Source: an uncultured Bacteroidales bacterium (lineage in GTDB: Bacteria > Bacteroidota > Bacteroidia > Bacteroidales > CAIXZF01). Taken from it: DNA of 64,000 nucleotides. Positions 19,776 to 30,138 of this stretch are shown here, piece by piece. Position numbers and translations under genes: made by a program. The notes under the pieces were generated by a model. It was not told the origin of the DNA. It worked only from the letters and a program-made list of their open reading frames with translations, and did no database searches. The stretch spans positions 7,778 through 71,777 of the forward strand of contig CAIXZF010000039.1 in the NCBI GenBank assembly GCA_903923925.1, written 5' to 3'. Every line of letters begins with the position of its first letter. Position 1 is the first letter of the stretch.

Positions 19776-20786
19776 ATGGCAAAGGAGAACAATGAAAACA
19801 AGGAAAAGCTGAAGGCATTACAGCTTACCCTGGATAAAATTGAGAAGGCATATGGTAAGGGAGCCGTCATGAAATTAGGTGACGAAGCTATCGAGGCAAT
19901 GGAATTTATTCCTACCGGATCAATTGGTTTGGATGTGGCATTGGGTATTGGAGGCTTACCAAGAGGCAGGGTAGTTGAAATTTATGGTCCGGAGGCATCC
20001 GGTAAAACCTCACTAGCAATCCATGTTATTGCTGAAGCGCAAAAACGAGGTGGCCTGGCCGCTTTTATTGATGCAGAGCATGCATTCGACAGGTTTTATG
20101 CACAAAAACTCGGCGTAGATATTGAGAATTTATACATTGCGCAACCAGATAATGGAGAGCAGGCATTGGAGATTACTGAAAACCTTATTCGGTCTGGTGC
20201 TTTAGATGTAATTGTAATCGACTCAGTAGCAGCACTTACACCCAAAAGTGAGATTGAAGGTGAAATGGGAGACTCCAAAGTTGGTTTACAGGCCAGACTG
20301 ATGTCTCAGGCGCTGCGTAAGTTAACTGCCACAATTAGTAAGACGAATAGTACCTGTATTTTTATCAACCAGTTAAGGGAGAAAATCGGCGTAATGTTCG
20401 GCAATCCTGAGACCACAACAGGTGGAAATGCCTTGAAGTTTTATGCCTCTGTAAGGCTTGATATCAGGCGTATACAGCAGATAAAAGATGGTGAAAGCAT
20501 TGTTGGTGGAAGAACCAGAGTGAAAGTTGTAAAAAACAAGGTAGCCCCACCATTCAAACAGGCAGAGTTTGATATAATTTATGGAGAAGGCATCTCAAAG
20601 TTAGGCGAGATTATTGATATAGGAACTGAGTTTGGCATCATAAAAAAAAGCGGATCCTGGTACAGTTACGGAGAAACCAAGCTTGGACAGGGCAGGGATG
20701 CTCTTAAACAGCTTTTGCAGGACAATCCTGAACTGACTGCCGAACTTGAAATAAAAGTGATGGAAGCTCTCAGAACGAAGAAATAG
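19776..20786 (+). CDS. recA: Recombinase A
   Basis: [29 protein letters not shown]. Confidence 0.99.
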   Translation: MAKENNENKEKLKALQLTLDKIEKAYGKGAVMKLGDEAIEAMEFIPTGSIGLDVALGIGGLPRGRVVEIYGPEASGKTSLAIHVIAEAQKRGGLAAFIDAEHAFDRFYAQKLGVDIENLYIAQPDNGEQALEITENLIRSGALDVIVIDSVAALTPKSEIEGEMGDSKVGLQARLMSQALRKLTATISKTNSTCIFINQLREKIGVMFGNPETTTGGNALKFYASVRLDIRRIQQIKDGESIVGGRTRVKVVKNKVAPPFKQAEFDIIYGEGISKLGEIIDIGTEFGIIKKSGSWYSYGETKLGQGRDALKQLLQDNPELTAELEIKVMEALRTKK

Positions 20787-20791
20787 AGCAG

Positions 20792-22303
20792 GTGTCATTA
20801 AAAGAGGAACAGCTGAAAGTTGGTGCTTTTTTCACTCCGCTGGAGTGGGCAGTTTTTGCAATTGCTCAATCCGGTATTTTTGAAAAGTGGATTGAAGGGG
20901 CAACTATTTTCGATCCAACAATGGGAGAAGGAGGGCTTTTAGAAGCCCTCCTTCTTTATGGGCAGAGTAAAGGTGTAAATATCAATAAATTACCTGTTAA
21001 TAATTTATATGGAGTTGAGCTGAATACCGGTTTTTTCGTTGCATTTAAAAAAAGAATGCGTGATCAGTATTCCATAGAGTTTTCAGAAAATCAGTTTTTG
21101 AATAGCGATATATTATTCCTTAAACAGGATTTAAAATTTGATATTCTTTTTGGAAATCCACCCTGGCAGAATTATGTTGATTTGCCTGAAGAATATAAAT
21201 TAAGAGTTAAAGATAGTTTTTTTAAATATGGTTTGGTAGAGGATAGAAGGAAATTACTGCTTGGTGGTTCACGAATTGATATAGCAGCACTAATAATTCA
21301 GAAAACTATTTATTGCAATCTTAAAGCAGGCGGAGAAGCCTGGTTTTTCATGCCATTATCTTTATTGTTAAATGAAGGGGCAAGCATGCAATTCAGAAAA
21401 TTCACTATTTGTGAAACCAGGTATGCGCTAAGAAAAGTATATGATCTGGAGAAAGCTGAAGTATTTAAAGGGGTTAATACCAGGTATGGCCTGGTGAATT
21501 TTAAGAGGGATGCAATAACAAATTATCCAGTTGATTATCAGTATTATAATAATGGAATTTTTGAGCAGCATTATGCCAGGCCATTATTGGATCCAACCAA
21601 TTCGCTAAGCATTTTGCCGGAAAAAAAGGCGGACCCACTTAAGGATTTTAATTTAATAAAGATTCCAAAAAAATCGATTCCCCGACAAGGATTGAATACA
21701 TGTGGAGCCAATGATATTTACTTTTTCGACAATTATAAACTTCTTGAAGGAGGATACTGCCAGATTTCGAATAGAAGGAATACATTAAGAGTTCCTCGGC
21801 AATTTGTATTCCCTCTTATCGACAAAACGAATTTTAAAGAAGAACTCATTGTTCCGAAAAAATGGGTATTACTACCTTATACATTGGAAAATAAACCATT
21901 AGGAATGAATGAGTTATTAAAATATCCTACTCTGTTAGCCTATTTTAATTTGAAGAGGGAAATTTTGATTAAACGCAAAGGTCCATATATTAAGTCATTG
22001 ATTAACAGGGGATTCTGGTGGGCATTATTGGGAGTAGGGGAGTATAATTTTGCCTCTTTTAAGATAGTCTGGGAATCGTATGGGAGAAAGCTTTTTCTTC
22101 CAAAGATTTTTTCAGGACAATGGCAGGCAGGACAGTCGTTACAGTCGTTTATACCCTGCGAAAGCGAGGAGGAGGCAGATCGAATCTGCAAGGCACTTGG
22201 TGATAAGCAGATAATGGAATATTTATTATCGCTTAAAATGGATGGCACTATGAATTGGGCGCAGCCAGGGAAAATAAAGAAGTTGCTTATACTGGAGGAT
22301 TGA
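20792..22303 (+). CDS. Orphan amino (N6-A/N4-C) DNA methyltransferase, TaqI/Eco57I-like motif order, with C-terminal TRD
   Basis: GAFFTP, DPTMGEG (motif I), GVELN, GNPPW (motif IV); GTG start 5 nt after the recA stop. Confidence 0.8.
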   Translation: MSLKEEQLKVGAFFTPLEWAVFAIAQSGIFEKWIEGATIFDPTMGEGGLLEALLLYGQSKGVNINKLPVNNLYGVELNTGFFVAFKKRMRDQYSIEFSENQFLNSDILFLKQDLKFDILFGNPPWQNYVDLPEEYKLRVKDSFFKYGLVEDRRKLLLGGSRIDIAALIIQKTIYCNLKAGGEAWFFMPLSLLLNEGASMQFRKFTICETRYALRKVYDLEKAEVFKGVNTRYGLVNFKRDAITNYPVDYQYYNNGIFEQHYARPLLDPTNSLSILPEKKADPLKDFNLIKIPKKSIPRQGLNTCGANDIYFFDNYKLLEGGYCQISNRRNTLRVPRQFVFPLIDKTNFKEELIVPKKWVLLPYTLENKPLGMNELLKYPTLLAYFNLKREILIKRKGPYIKSLINRGFWWALLGVGEYNFASFKIVWESYGRKLFLPKIFSGQWQAGQSLQSFIPCESEEEADRICKALGDKQIMEYLLSLKMDGTMNWAQPGKIKKLLILED

Positions 22304-22353
22304 TGCAATTATATTTCATCTTACCTTTGAGAAGGAAAAGTTAAAACAAAAAA

Positions 22354-23391
22354 ATGATGAGACCTGTTTTTAAAGTTTTGATATTCAGTATATTGATAGG
22401 TATTTTTGCCTGTAAAGGTGGTAAAAATGAGGCACAAACACCATTACGCACAGATTTACCGCCGGAAATAGCAAAAGTAACTGCTCAGATTGGTGTGGAC
22501 TCTCTGAATCCTGAACTTTATTATCAGCGGGCACAGTTCTGGCTTGAGCATAAAGATGCCGGAAAGGCTATTGAAGATGCTAATCATGCAATACGCTTAA
22601 AACCAGGAAATTCAAAATATTATGTTGCTCAGGCAGATGCTTATCTTGTAATGGGAAAGGCAAAATTATGCAGGGAAGCTCTACAGAAAGCCATTGATCT
22701 TAATAGTGAAGAGACTGAAGCCTATTTAAAAATGGCAGAGTTAAATCTGTATTTTCGCGATTATACCCAGGTATTTATGTATGTTCAGAAGGCTTTGGAT
22801 GTTGATCCCAATATTGCTAAGGCTCACTTTATCAGGGGATTTGCGTTCAAGGAAAGAGGTGATACTGTAGGTGCTATCAAGAGTTATCAGAAATCAATTG
22901 ATCTGAACCAGAATTATTACGAAGCTTACATTCAACTGGGCATGTTGTACAGTGTAAAAAAGAACAAGCTAGCACTCGACTACCTTAATAATGCATTGAG
23001 AATAAAACCTTCAAGTGCTGAGGCGCTTTACTTTGAAGGGATGTATTACCAGGAAACTGACGATTTGAACAAGGCTCTTGAGTTGTACAATAAAATTGTT
23101 AAAACAGATCCGAATTATAAGTTTGCCTATTTTAATATGGGTTACATTCACATGTATTTTCTGAGAGTGTATGACAAAGCATGTCAGTATTTTACGAGTG
23201 CGATCCAAATTGATCCTGCCTATGTTGAGGCCTATTATAATAGGGGATATTCACTTGAGCTTGCAGGAGATGTTGAGAAAGCCAGAACTGATTATAATAA
23301 AGCAATAGAATTGAGGCCGGGATATACGTTAGCACTAGCTGGACTAAAGCGACTTGACTCGGGTGATAAAACTATTAAGAAAACTAAGTAA
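22354..23391 (+). CDS. TPR-repeat lipoprotein
   Basis: Lipobox IFAC; many 34-aa TPR units (AYYNRG.., AI.L.P.Y). Confidence 0.9.
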   Translation: MMRPVFKVLIFSILIGIFACKGGKNEAQTPLRTDLPPEIAKVTAQIGVDSLNPELYYQRAQFWLEHKDAGKAIEDANHAIRLKPGNSKYYVAQADAYLVMGKAKLCREALQKAIDLNSEETEAYLKMAELNLYFRDYTQVFMYVQKALDVDPNIAKAHFIRGFAFKERGDTVGAIKSYQKSIDLNQNYYEAYIQLGMLYSVKKNKLALDYLNNALRIKPSSAEALYFEGMYYQETDDLNKALELYNKIVKTDPNYKFAYFNMGYIHMYFLRVYDKACQYFTSAIQIDPAYVEAYYNRGYSLELAGDVEKARTDYNKAIELRPGYTLALAGLKRLDSGDKTIKKTK

Positions 23392-23411
23392 ATTGATTCA
23401 AATTTACTATT

Positions 23412-24197
23412 TCAGACAAAATCCCTGCGCAGAACGTTAAGTTCCTCAATCATTCTACTACCAAGTTTCACAAACTCCTCAAAAAGGGAAGGTATATTTT
23501 CAAAAATACCATTTCTGCTATCTTCTTCTATTTTTCGAATGAGATCGAGCAGGGTAGGTGCACCAAAATAACTTATAACACCTTTGAGGCTGTGAGCAGT
23601 TTCCCGCAACGACTTAAGATCAGTTTCAGCGATATGTTTCTCAAGTTTAATAATCCTTTCAGGATATTCTGTTAAATATAGATCGATAATCTCAAGTACG
23701 GTTTCTTTATCGAAATATTGAAAATTATCGTCAAAGTACAATTTGTTGATGATGTTTTCCTGCATATTTGTGTTCTGATTATTAGTTATAGAACCTGATT
23801 TTTTTTCAGCAGATTCCTTGGCAATTTTGCATCCATAAATTTTAAACAATACCTCAAAAAGATTTTGTTCATTAACAGGTTTTGGAATGTAATAATCAAT
23901 ACCGGAGGCCAGAATTCTTTCTTTGTCACCAGCTTGTACACTGGCAGTTACAGCAACTATAGGAGTATAAATTCCGAGCATATTCTCTTTGCGTCGAATT
24001 TTTTCTGAAGTTTCAATTCCATCAAAATCCGGAAGTGTGATATCCATCAGGATACAATCGAAAGGTTCGTCTTCAATTTTTCTCAGAGCTTCAGCGGCAT
24101 TTCCTACAATAGAGAAATCCATTTTAAATTTCCTGAGGAAAGCGCTTAGGATTTTTTGGTTAATCTGATTATCTTCAACAACAAGTATATTTATCAT
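23412..24197 (-). CDS. Response regulator receiver fused to an HPt domain
   Basis: VVEDN, LMDI.LP and YIPKP receiver motifs; C-terminal AHSLKG HPt motif. Confidence 0.9.
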   Translation of the reverse strand: MINILVVEDNQINQKILSAFLRKFKMDFSIVGNAAEALRKIEDEPFDCILMDITLPDFDGIETSEKIRRKENMLGIYTPIVAVTASVQAGDKERILASGIDYYIPKPVNEQNLFEVLFKIYGCKIAKESAEKKSGSITNNQNTNMQENIINKLYFDDNFQYFDKETVLEIIDLYLTEYPERIIKLEKHIAETDLKSLRETAHSLKGVISYFGAPTLLDLIRKIEEDSRNGIFENIPSLFEEFVKLGSRMIEELNVLRRDFV

Positions 24198-24297
24198 AAT
24201 ATATAGACATTACCAAATGGATGAAGTGCAAATATATAAAATCAATTAAACCAATCAACCTGATTTTATATTTCTATACTATTGAAATAATTCCAAA

Positions 24298-26694
24298 TCA
24301 AAGAAAAAGGATATTCCCGATCTGGTAAACAAGAAAGCTCACTGACCATGCTAAAAAAGTTGTATAACAGATTGAAAATAATGACCATTTCCAATTTCCA
24401 GATTCTTTTCTGATTGCAGCTATTACAGCCATACAAGGGAAATAGATGAGAATAAACATCATAAATGAAAAGGCGACAACCGGATTAAAAACCTTTTTAC
24501 CAAGTTTTGGACCATCGGTATATGTTTGATCCTGAAGCTTATGTACAAGCGAAGTTTCCCCTGCATTTTTTGAGGGGTCAGCCTGGTACAGCACACCAAT
24601 AGTACCAACCACAATTTCCTTTCCAGCAATTCCTGTTACAATTGCGACGCTCATTTTCCAGTCGAATCCCAGAGGAGCCATAACGGGTTCAATAAACTTG
24701 CCGATTTTGCCGATATATGAGTTTTGCTGATGCTGGGCCAGACTAGTTTCAGGATTTGATTCCCGAGGGAAGTAACCTAATGCCCATATAATTACAGAGG
24801 CAATGAGTATAATACCACCAATTTTTTTTAGGTATTGTTCGGCTCTATGCCACATGTGTTTTACAAGGCTTCTGGCAGTTGGAACGCGGTATGGTGGAAG
24901 TTCCATAACGAAGGGCATATCTTCCTTTCGGAATATTGTTTTCTTGAAAAGCAATGCTGATAAGGCTGCGATCACAACTCCAGTGAGATAAATAACAAAT
25001 AATACAGTGCCCTGATAGGCTGTAAAAAATGCACTGATCAGAAGAATGTAAACGGGTAACCTGGCACTGCACGACATAAAAGGGTTTATGAGCATAGTAA
25101 GCAGGCGATCTCGGCGGCTTTCAATGATTCTGGTAGATAAAATAGCAGGAACATTGCATCCGAATCCCATAAGCATTGGGATAAATGATTTACCATGAAG
25201 CCCTATTTTATGCATTGCCTTATCCATAATAAAAACTGCCCTGGCCATATATCCACTGTCTTCCATCAGAGAGATAAACAAAAAGAGGATGAGAATATTC
25301 GGAAGAAAAACAATAACTCCACCAACTCCGCCAATTATTCCCTGAATAAGCAATTCTTTAAGCATTCCATTATTCATTGTTTTTTCAATAAAATGGGAAA
25401 TGGCACCTACTCCTGCTTCTATCCATGCCTTTGGAAATTTTCCGATTTGAAAAGTAAAATAGAAGGAAAACCACATAAACGATATAAAGACAGGAATTCC
25501 CCATAGTTTATGCGTAAAAAAGATATCGATAATTTCGCTTTTTTTTACAGTTTCTTCTTGTCCAGGTGTTAGTGTTTCTCTTAATGCCCCACCGATAAAG
25601 CCATACTTTGCATCGGTTACAAGCGATTCACATTCGCCAGAATACTCCTTTTCGATTCGTTTAATTTCTGCATCAACGGTTGATGCGATATCAGCTTCAT
25701 TGGAACTTTCCCGAATACGCAGCCGCGCATCCATATCTTTCTCTAAAAGTTTTATTGCCAGAAATCTGGATGAGATTTTGTCGGTAAGAATGTAGTTCCC
25801 GGAAATTTTCAGTTTTTGCTGTATGGCAGATATTGAATCTTCAAGTGGCTGACCATAGTTAATGTGGATATGACGCAAGGTTTCATCCCTATCGTCGAAA
25901 ACTTCAATGATGCGTTCAAGAAGGCGGGTAATTCCTTTTCCTTTAGAACTAATCACAGGAACCACAGGTATACCAATTAATTTACCAAGCCTGTTATAGT
26001 TAAGTTTATTGCCGCTTTTCTGTAATTCATCATACATGTTGAGGGCCATGACTACTCTCACATCGAGGTCAATGAGTTGAGTAGTTAAATACAGATTTCT
26101 TTCAAGATTAGAACCGTCGACTACATTAAGCACAATGTCGGGATAGCTTTCTGTAATGTATTTCCGTACGAAAAGTTCTTCGGGTGAATATGCCGATAAT
26201 GAGTAAGTACCAGGTAAGTCGATAAAGTTTATTGTGTATTCGCCAATTTTAAACCTGGCTTCTTTTGCGTCAACAGTAACTCCGCTGTAATTACCAACTC
26301 TTTCCCTTGAGCCAGAAGCATGATTGAAAAGAGTTGTTTTGCCACAATTCGGATTACCAACTAAGGCAACATTAATAACTTTCCTGTGATCATGAGGAAC
26401 CCTGTTATGGTGAAGAAGATCGAAAGTAGTAGGAAGCTGAAGAGTTTCTTCAGCTTCTGTACTTTGAGATCGTTCTGTAACAACTTCTATGTATTTTGCC
26501 TCTGAGTTCCGGAGAGAAACATTGTACCCAAGGATATTATACTCAATTGGGTCTTTAAGAGGAGCTTTCTTTACAACTCTGATTTCTTTACCAGGAATAA
26601 AACCCATTTCAATGATACGTTTTCGGAACGCTCCACGTCCTTTTACTTTGACTATCAGAGCGATATCGCCCTGTTCAAGATCAAAAAGGGTCAT
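24298..26694 (-). CDS. feoB: Ferrous iron transporter FeoB with fused N-terminal FeoA domain
   Basis: FeoA-like N-terminus (RIIEMGF..APLKDP); GNPNCGKT, DLPG, NMYD; GFGCNVP and MSCSAR gate motifs. Confidence 0.95.
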   Translation of the reverse strand: MTLFDLEQGDIALIVKVKGRGAFRKRIIEMGFIPGKEIRVVKKAPLKDPIEYNILGYNVSLRNSEAKYIEVVTERSQSTEAEETLQLPTTFDLLHHNRVPHDHRKVINVALVGNPNCGKTTLFNHASGSRERVGNYSGVTVDAKEARFKIGEYTINFIDLPGTYSLSAYSPEELFVRKYITESYPDIVLNVVDGSNLERNLYLTTQLIDLDVRVVMALNMYDELQKSGNKLNYNRLGKLIGIPVVPVISSKGKGITRLLERIIEVFDDRDETLRHIHINYGQPLEDSISAIQQKLKISGNYILTDKISSRFLAIKLLEKDMDARLRIRESSNEADIASTVDAEIKRIEKEYSGECESLVTDAKYGFIGGALRETLTPGQEETVKKSEIIDIFFTHKLWGIPVFISFMWFSFYFTFQIGKFPKAWIEAGVGAISHFIEKTMNNGMLKELLIQGIIGGVGGVIVFLPNILILFLFISLMEDSGYMARAVFIMDKAMHKIGLHGKSFIPMLMGFGCNVPAILSTRIIESRRDRLLTMLINPFMSCSARLPVYILLISAFFTAYQGTVLFVIYLTGVVIAALSALLFKKTIFRKEDMPFVMELPPYRVPTARSLVKHMWHRAEQYLKKIGGIILIASVIIWALGYFPRESNPETSLAQHQQNSYIGKIGKFIEPVMAPLGFDWKMSVAIVTGIAGKEIVVGTIGVLYQADPSKNAGETSLVHKLQDQTYTDGPKLGKKVFNPVVAFSFMMFILIYFPCMAVIAAIRKESGNWKWSLFSICYTTFLAWSVSFLVYQIGNILFL

Positions 26695-26767
26695 TATTCT
26701 AATTTAGATTAATTACAAACAGCGCAAATGTAAACAATTCTTTAATGCTTGTTTAGAATTTGTAGAA

Positions 26768-28144
26768 TCAGAGTCCATATTTATCGAGAAGGTAGATAAG
26801 TGCTGCGATGTATGCCGAACCCAATTGTAACTCGCGTTCATGGACATTTTCCAGAACATCATTGGCTGAGTGATGAAAGTCGAAATAAATCTGACTATCA
26901 TTTGAGAGTCCAATCAATGGAACATTAAGCGACTTTAGAAATGAAATATCGACTCCACCACCACCTTTTGTAAATTCACGGACTCCATATGGTTTAAAGA
27001 GTGTAACCCAGGATTGAAATCGAGCCAATTTTTCATCCGATGCATCCATTCCAAAACCAGAAGGATTAAATCCGCCACCATCAGATTCAATTGCAGCAAG
27101 ATGTTTTTCATTCTTAATTTTCGCCAACTCTGCATATTTTCTACCGCCTCTTTGGTTCATTTCTTCGTCCATAAAGAATACACAGCGAATAGTATGTTTG
27201 GGTTTTATTCCACTTTCAAGCAGAATTCTGAGACTTTCCATGCTGTGAATAATACCAGCGCCATCGTCGTGGGCTCCTTCTCCAACATCCCAGGAATCAA
27301 GATGACCGCCAACAATAATTATACTGTCAGGATATAATGAGCCTTTTATTTCACCGATAACATTGGCGGATTCTACATCTTCTCCAATGATAGTGGTTGA
27401 TTTGAGAAAAACTGAAAGTTTGGGATCATCTAAAAGCCATTTGTCCAGAGTATCAGCTGAATTTGTGCTTACAGCAAAAGCTGGAATTCGGGGCTGAGTG
27501 GTATCATAACGCATAATACCTGTATGAGGCAGGTCATTCTGAATCATTGTTAACGATCTGACAATTACAGCAACCGCGCCATATTTTGCAGCTGCTGAAG
27601 CACCTCTAACCCTTAATTCTGAATTACTCCCGTATGCTTTTCCAGGTCTGAAATATGTATGATCCATCGGGCGTCTGAAAAAAACGACTTTGCCGGCAAT
27701 TTTTTCAGTTCCAAGTTTCTGCAGATCGGAGATAGAATCAACAGCAATAATCTGACTATCAATTCCATTTTCGGGTGTTGAAATTGAACCGCCAAGAGAA
27801 ATAACATCTATTTTTTTACTTCCAAGTTTCCGCGATTTTATTGTCGAAATTTCATCCTTTTTTCTCTCCCAGTTTGCAACCATACATTTCTGTACATAAA
27901 CAGTGTCTAATCCAAGAGTTTCCAGTGTTTTTTTACTCCATTTAATTGCAAGTAAGGAATTTTTTGAACCTGCTACTCTTGGCCCGATTGATTTGGTGAG
28001 GTACTTGAGATTATTTATCCCATAATGTTCAGAAAGAGCCCTGTCGAAAATCATTTTAATTTTAACAGAGTCGGTAGCCTGATTATTTCCAGCAAATGCA
28101 GAAAGAGAAACTAACGCAATTATTAGTATTGAAAAATATTTCAT
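26768..28144 (-). CDS. M28 family peptidase (carboxypeptidase Q-like), secreted
   Basis: GGHLDSWD, GAHDDGAG, DEE, ESD, HH; signal peptide. Confidence 0.9.
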   Translation of the reverse strand: MKYFSILIIALVSLSAFAGNNQATDSVKIKMIFDRALSEHYGINNLKYLTKSIGPRVAGSKNSLLAIKWSKKTLETLGLDTVYVQKCMVANWERKKDEISTIKSRKLGSKKIDVISLGGSISTPENGIDSQIIAVDSISDLQKLGTEKIAGKVVFFRRPMDHTYFRPGKAYGSNSELRVRGASAAAKYGAVAVIVRSLTMIQNDLPHTGIMRYDTTQPRIPAFAVSTNSADTLDKWLLDDPKLSVFLKSTTIIGEDVESANVIGEIKGSLYPDSIIIVGGHLDSWDVGEGAHDDGAGIIHSMESLRILLESGIKPKHTIRCVFFMDEEMNQRGGRKYAELAKIKNEKHLAAIESDGGGFNPSGFGMDASDEKLARFQSWVTLFKPYGVREFTKGGGGVDISFLKSLNVPLIGLSNDSQIYFDFHHSANDVLENVHERELQLGSAYIAALIYLLDKYGL

Positions 28145-28163
28145 TCAGATGTTATTATAAATT

Positions 28164-28706
28164 TCAGATTGACTCGATGTAAGGATCCTCAGCAGGTTTT
28201 TCCACAAAAATTTGTTTATGAATTGCTGCCGACATTTCGGCAATTCTCAGTCCCCAATGCGATTTAAAGAGTTCCGAACATTGAAAAACAGCATTTTCTT
28301 TTGCAGTATAAGTACTTTTCTGATACAGAAAAAGAAAGTCTTTCAGGTCCTGGTAGATATCAGCACAATATTCTGAAACACTTAATTTCATTATTGTATC
28401 TTGCTGAGGATCAATCGGATGGATATGAAAGAAAAGATCAGTTTTCCCAAATTTTGTCTTCAGGATATTGAATAATGTTTCCCATTCTTCTTCAAGAACA
28501 AACCTTTCAGAAAACTCCTCATTTTGGGGAATGATTTCAGGGAGAAGACTACCTTTAAGATAAAGTAGAGGAAGAACTTTATGGAGGTAATTGCGGATAT
28601 CCACGATAGGATAATCATCAACTTTTTCCATAAAAAGGCAATAATCATGAGCAACAGTAATTAAATCAAGGACTTTACGGTTGAAAACTGGATCATCTGG
28701 ATTCAT
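28164..28706 (-). CDS. DUF5063-like conserved Bacteroidota protein
   Basis: LPLLYLK and SEYCADIYQDLKDF...WG pattern. Confidence 0.75.
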   Translation of the reverse strand: MNPDDPVFNRKVLDLITVAHDYCLFMEKVDDYPIVDIRNYLHKVLPLLYLKGSLLPEIIPQNEEFSERFVLEEEWETLFNILKTKFGKTDLFFHIHPIDPQQDTIMKLSVSEYCADIYQDLKDFLFLYQKSTYTAKENAVFQCSELFKSHWGLRIAEMSAAIHKQIFVEKPAEDPYIESI

Positions 28707-28845
28707 TGTTCAGAAAAATTTAGAATTTTGGAAGGCGAAGGTAGAGGAAAAAAAATAAAATTCAGGAGGAGTATTCTAACTTAAAGCAATTTTTCGGAAA
28801 GTTGATAATATTACAATAAATAGGCTAAGATGTAAGCATTTTGAT

Positions 28846-30021
28846 ATGAATAAAAGCCGTATTATTGTATTCAAAATTTCTAAAAAAAATGGCCTTGTCA
28901 TGGATGATATATATTCAAGTCTTAGACTTCTGATTGAAAATTCACTTGATGGAATTATCGTTTCAGATATAGACAATAAATGTTTTGTTATGGCCAATTC
29001 AGTAATGAAAAATTGGCTTGGTTATACTAATGACGAATTTTCGAAAATTTTGCCAAAGGACATACATCCAATTGAAATTAAAGATTATATCAATCAGCAA
29101 TTTGAACAATTTGGCAAAGGATCTACTAACTTTATCAGGGAATTGCCTGTACTTCGAAAGGATGGTACAATTTTTTATGCAGATCTTTCAGGTATTCAGT
29201 ATTCATTGTTGGATAGAACGCTGGTATTAGGGATATTTAAAGATATTACCCCGCGTTTGTTGGCTGAGAAAGAATTAAGAGCAAGTGAAAGAAGATTTCA
29301 ACTGCTTTTTGAACAAGCAGCCATGGGAGTGGCGTTACTTGAAACTGAGACTGGATATTTTCTGAATGTGAACAAGAAATTCTCTCAAATTACAGGTTAT
29401 TCCATTGAAGAGTTGTCAAGAACTACAATACACCAGATAACTTGTATTGAGGATTTAGAACACGATCAGCCAATGATTAAGCAATTACTATCAGGAGAAA
29501 TCGCCGAATATCATATAGAGAAGAGGTATATCAGGAAAGATAATAAATTAATCTGGGTGAGAGAGAGTGTTTCTGGAATGTGGAAGGAGAATGAAGAGCC
29601 ACATTCACATATTGCAATTGTAGAAGATATTTCCAAGCGAAAAGAAATTGAGAATCAACTGGCTGAAAGTGAGGAACGTTTTAAGCTATTTATGCAATAT
29701 CTTCCGGCCGCGGCTTATATTAAAGATCAGGATGGGAGGGCATTATTTGCAAATAGTTACCTGGATAAATACTTTGGTGCAAAAGAATGGATAGGGCAGG
29801 ATGTTAGGGATTTATTTCCCGGTGAGGTTGGAAAGGCAATGTATGAGGCAGATATGAAGGCACTTGAGCTAGGTTATCAAAAAGTAACTGAATCGCTCTA
29901 TGCCTTAGATTCGAAGGTTAGAAAATATGAGACACAAAAGTTCAGGATTCCACGAAAAAACAAACCGGATTTATTGGGTGGAATTTCGATTGAGATATCA
30001 GAAAATCAAACGGATACTTGA
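28846..30021 (+). CDS. PAS-only protein (three PAS/PAC domains, no output domain); true start may be 28900
   Basis: Repeated SE.RF..LFE, RKDG and DIT/DIS motifs; ends right after the third PAS. Confidence 0.85.
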   Translation: MNKSRIIVFKISKKNGLVMDDIYSSLRLLIENSLDGIIVSDIDNKCFVMANSVMKNWLGYTNDEFSKILPKDIHPIEIKDYINQQFEQFGKGSTNFIRELPVLRKDGTIFYADLSGIQYSLLDRTLVLGIFKDITPRLLAEKELRASERRFQLLFEQAAMGVALLETETGYFLNVNKKFSQITGYSIEELSRTTIHQITCIEDLEHDQPMIKQLLSGEIAEYHIEKRYIRKDNKLIWVRESVSGMWKENEEPHSHIAIVEDISKRKEIENQLAESEERFKLFMQYLPAAAYIKDQDGRALFANSYLDKYFGAKEWIGQDVRDLFPGEVGKAMYEADMKALELGYQKVTESLYALDSKVRKYETQKFRIPRKNKPDLLGGISIEISENQTDT

Positions 30022-30138
30022 TACTATAGAATAATGTTTTGAGATAAGATCCGTTTTTTATTACTGTGATTCAATGAACAGAAATGTATCATTATGGGTT
30101 TATTTCAAATAGCCAGGTATTTTTTTTAATCAGGATAC

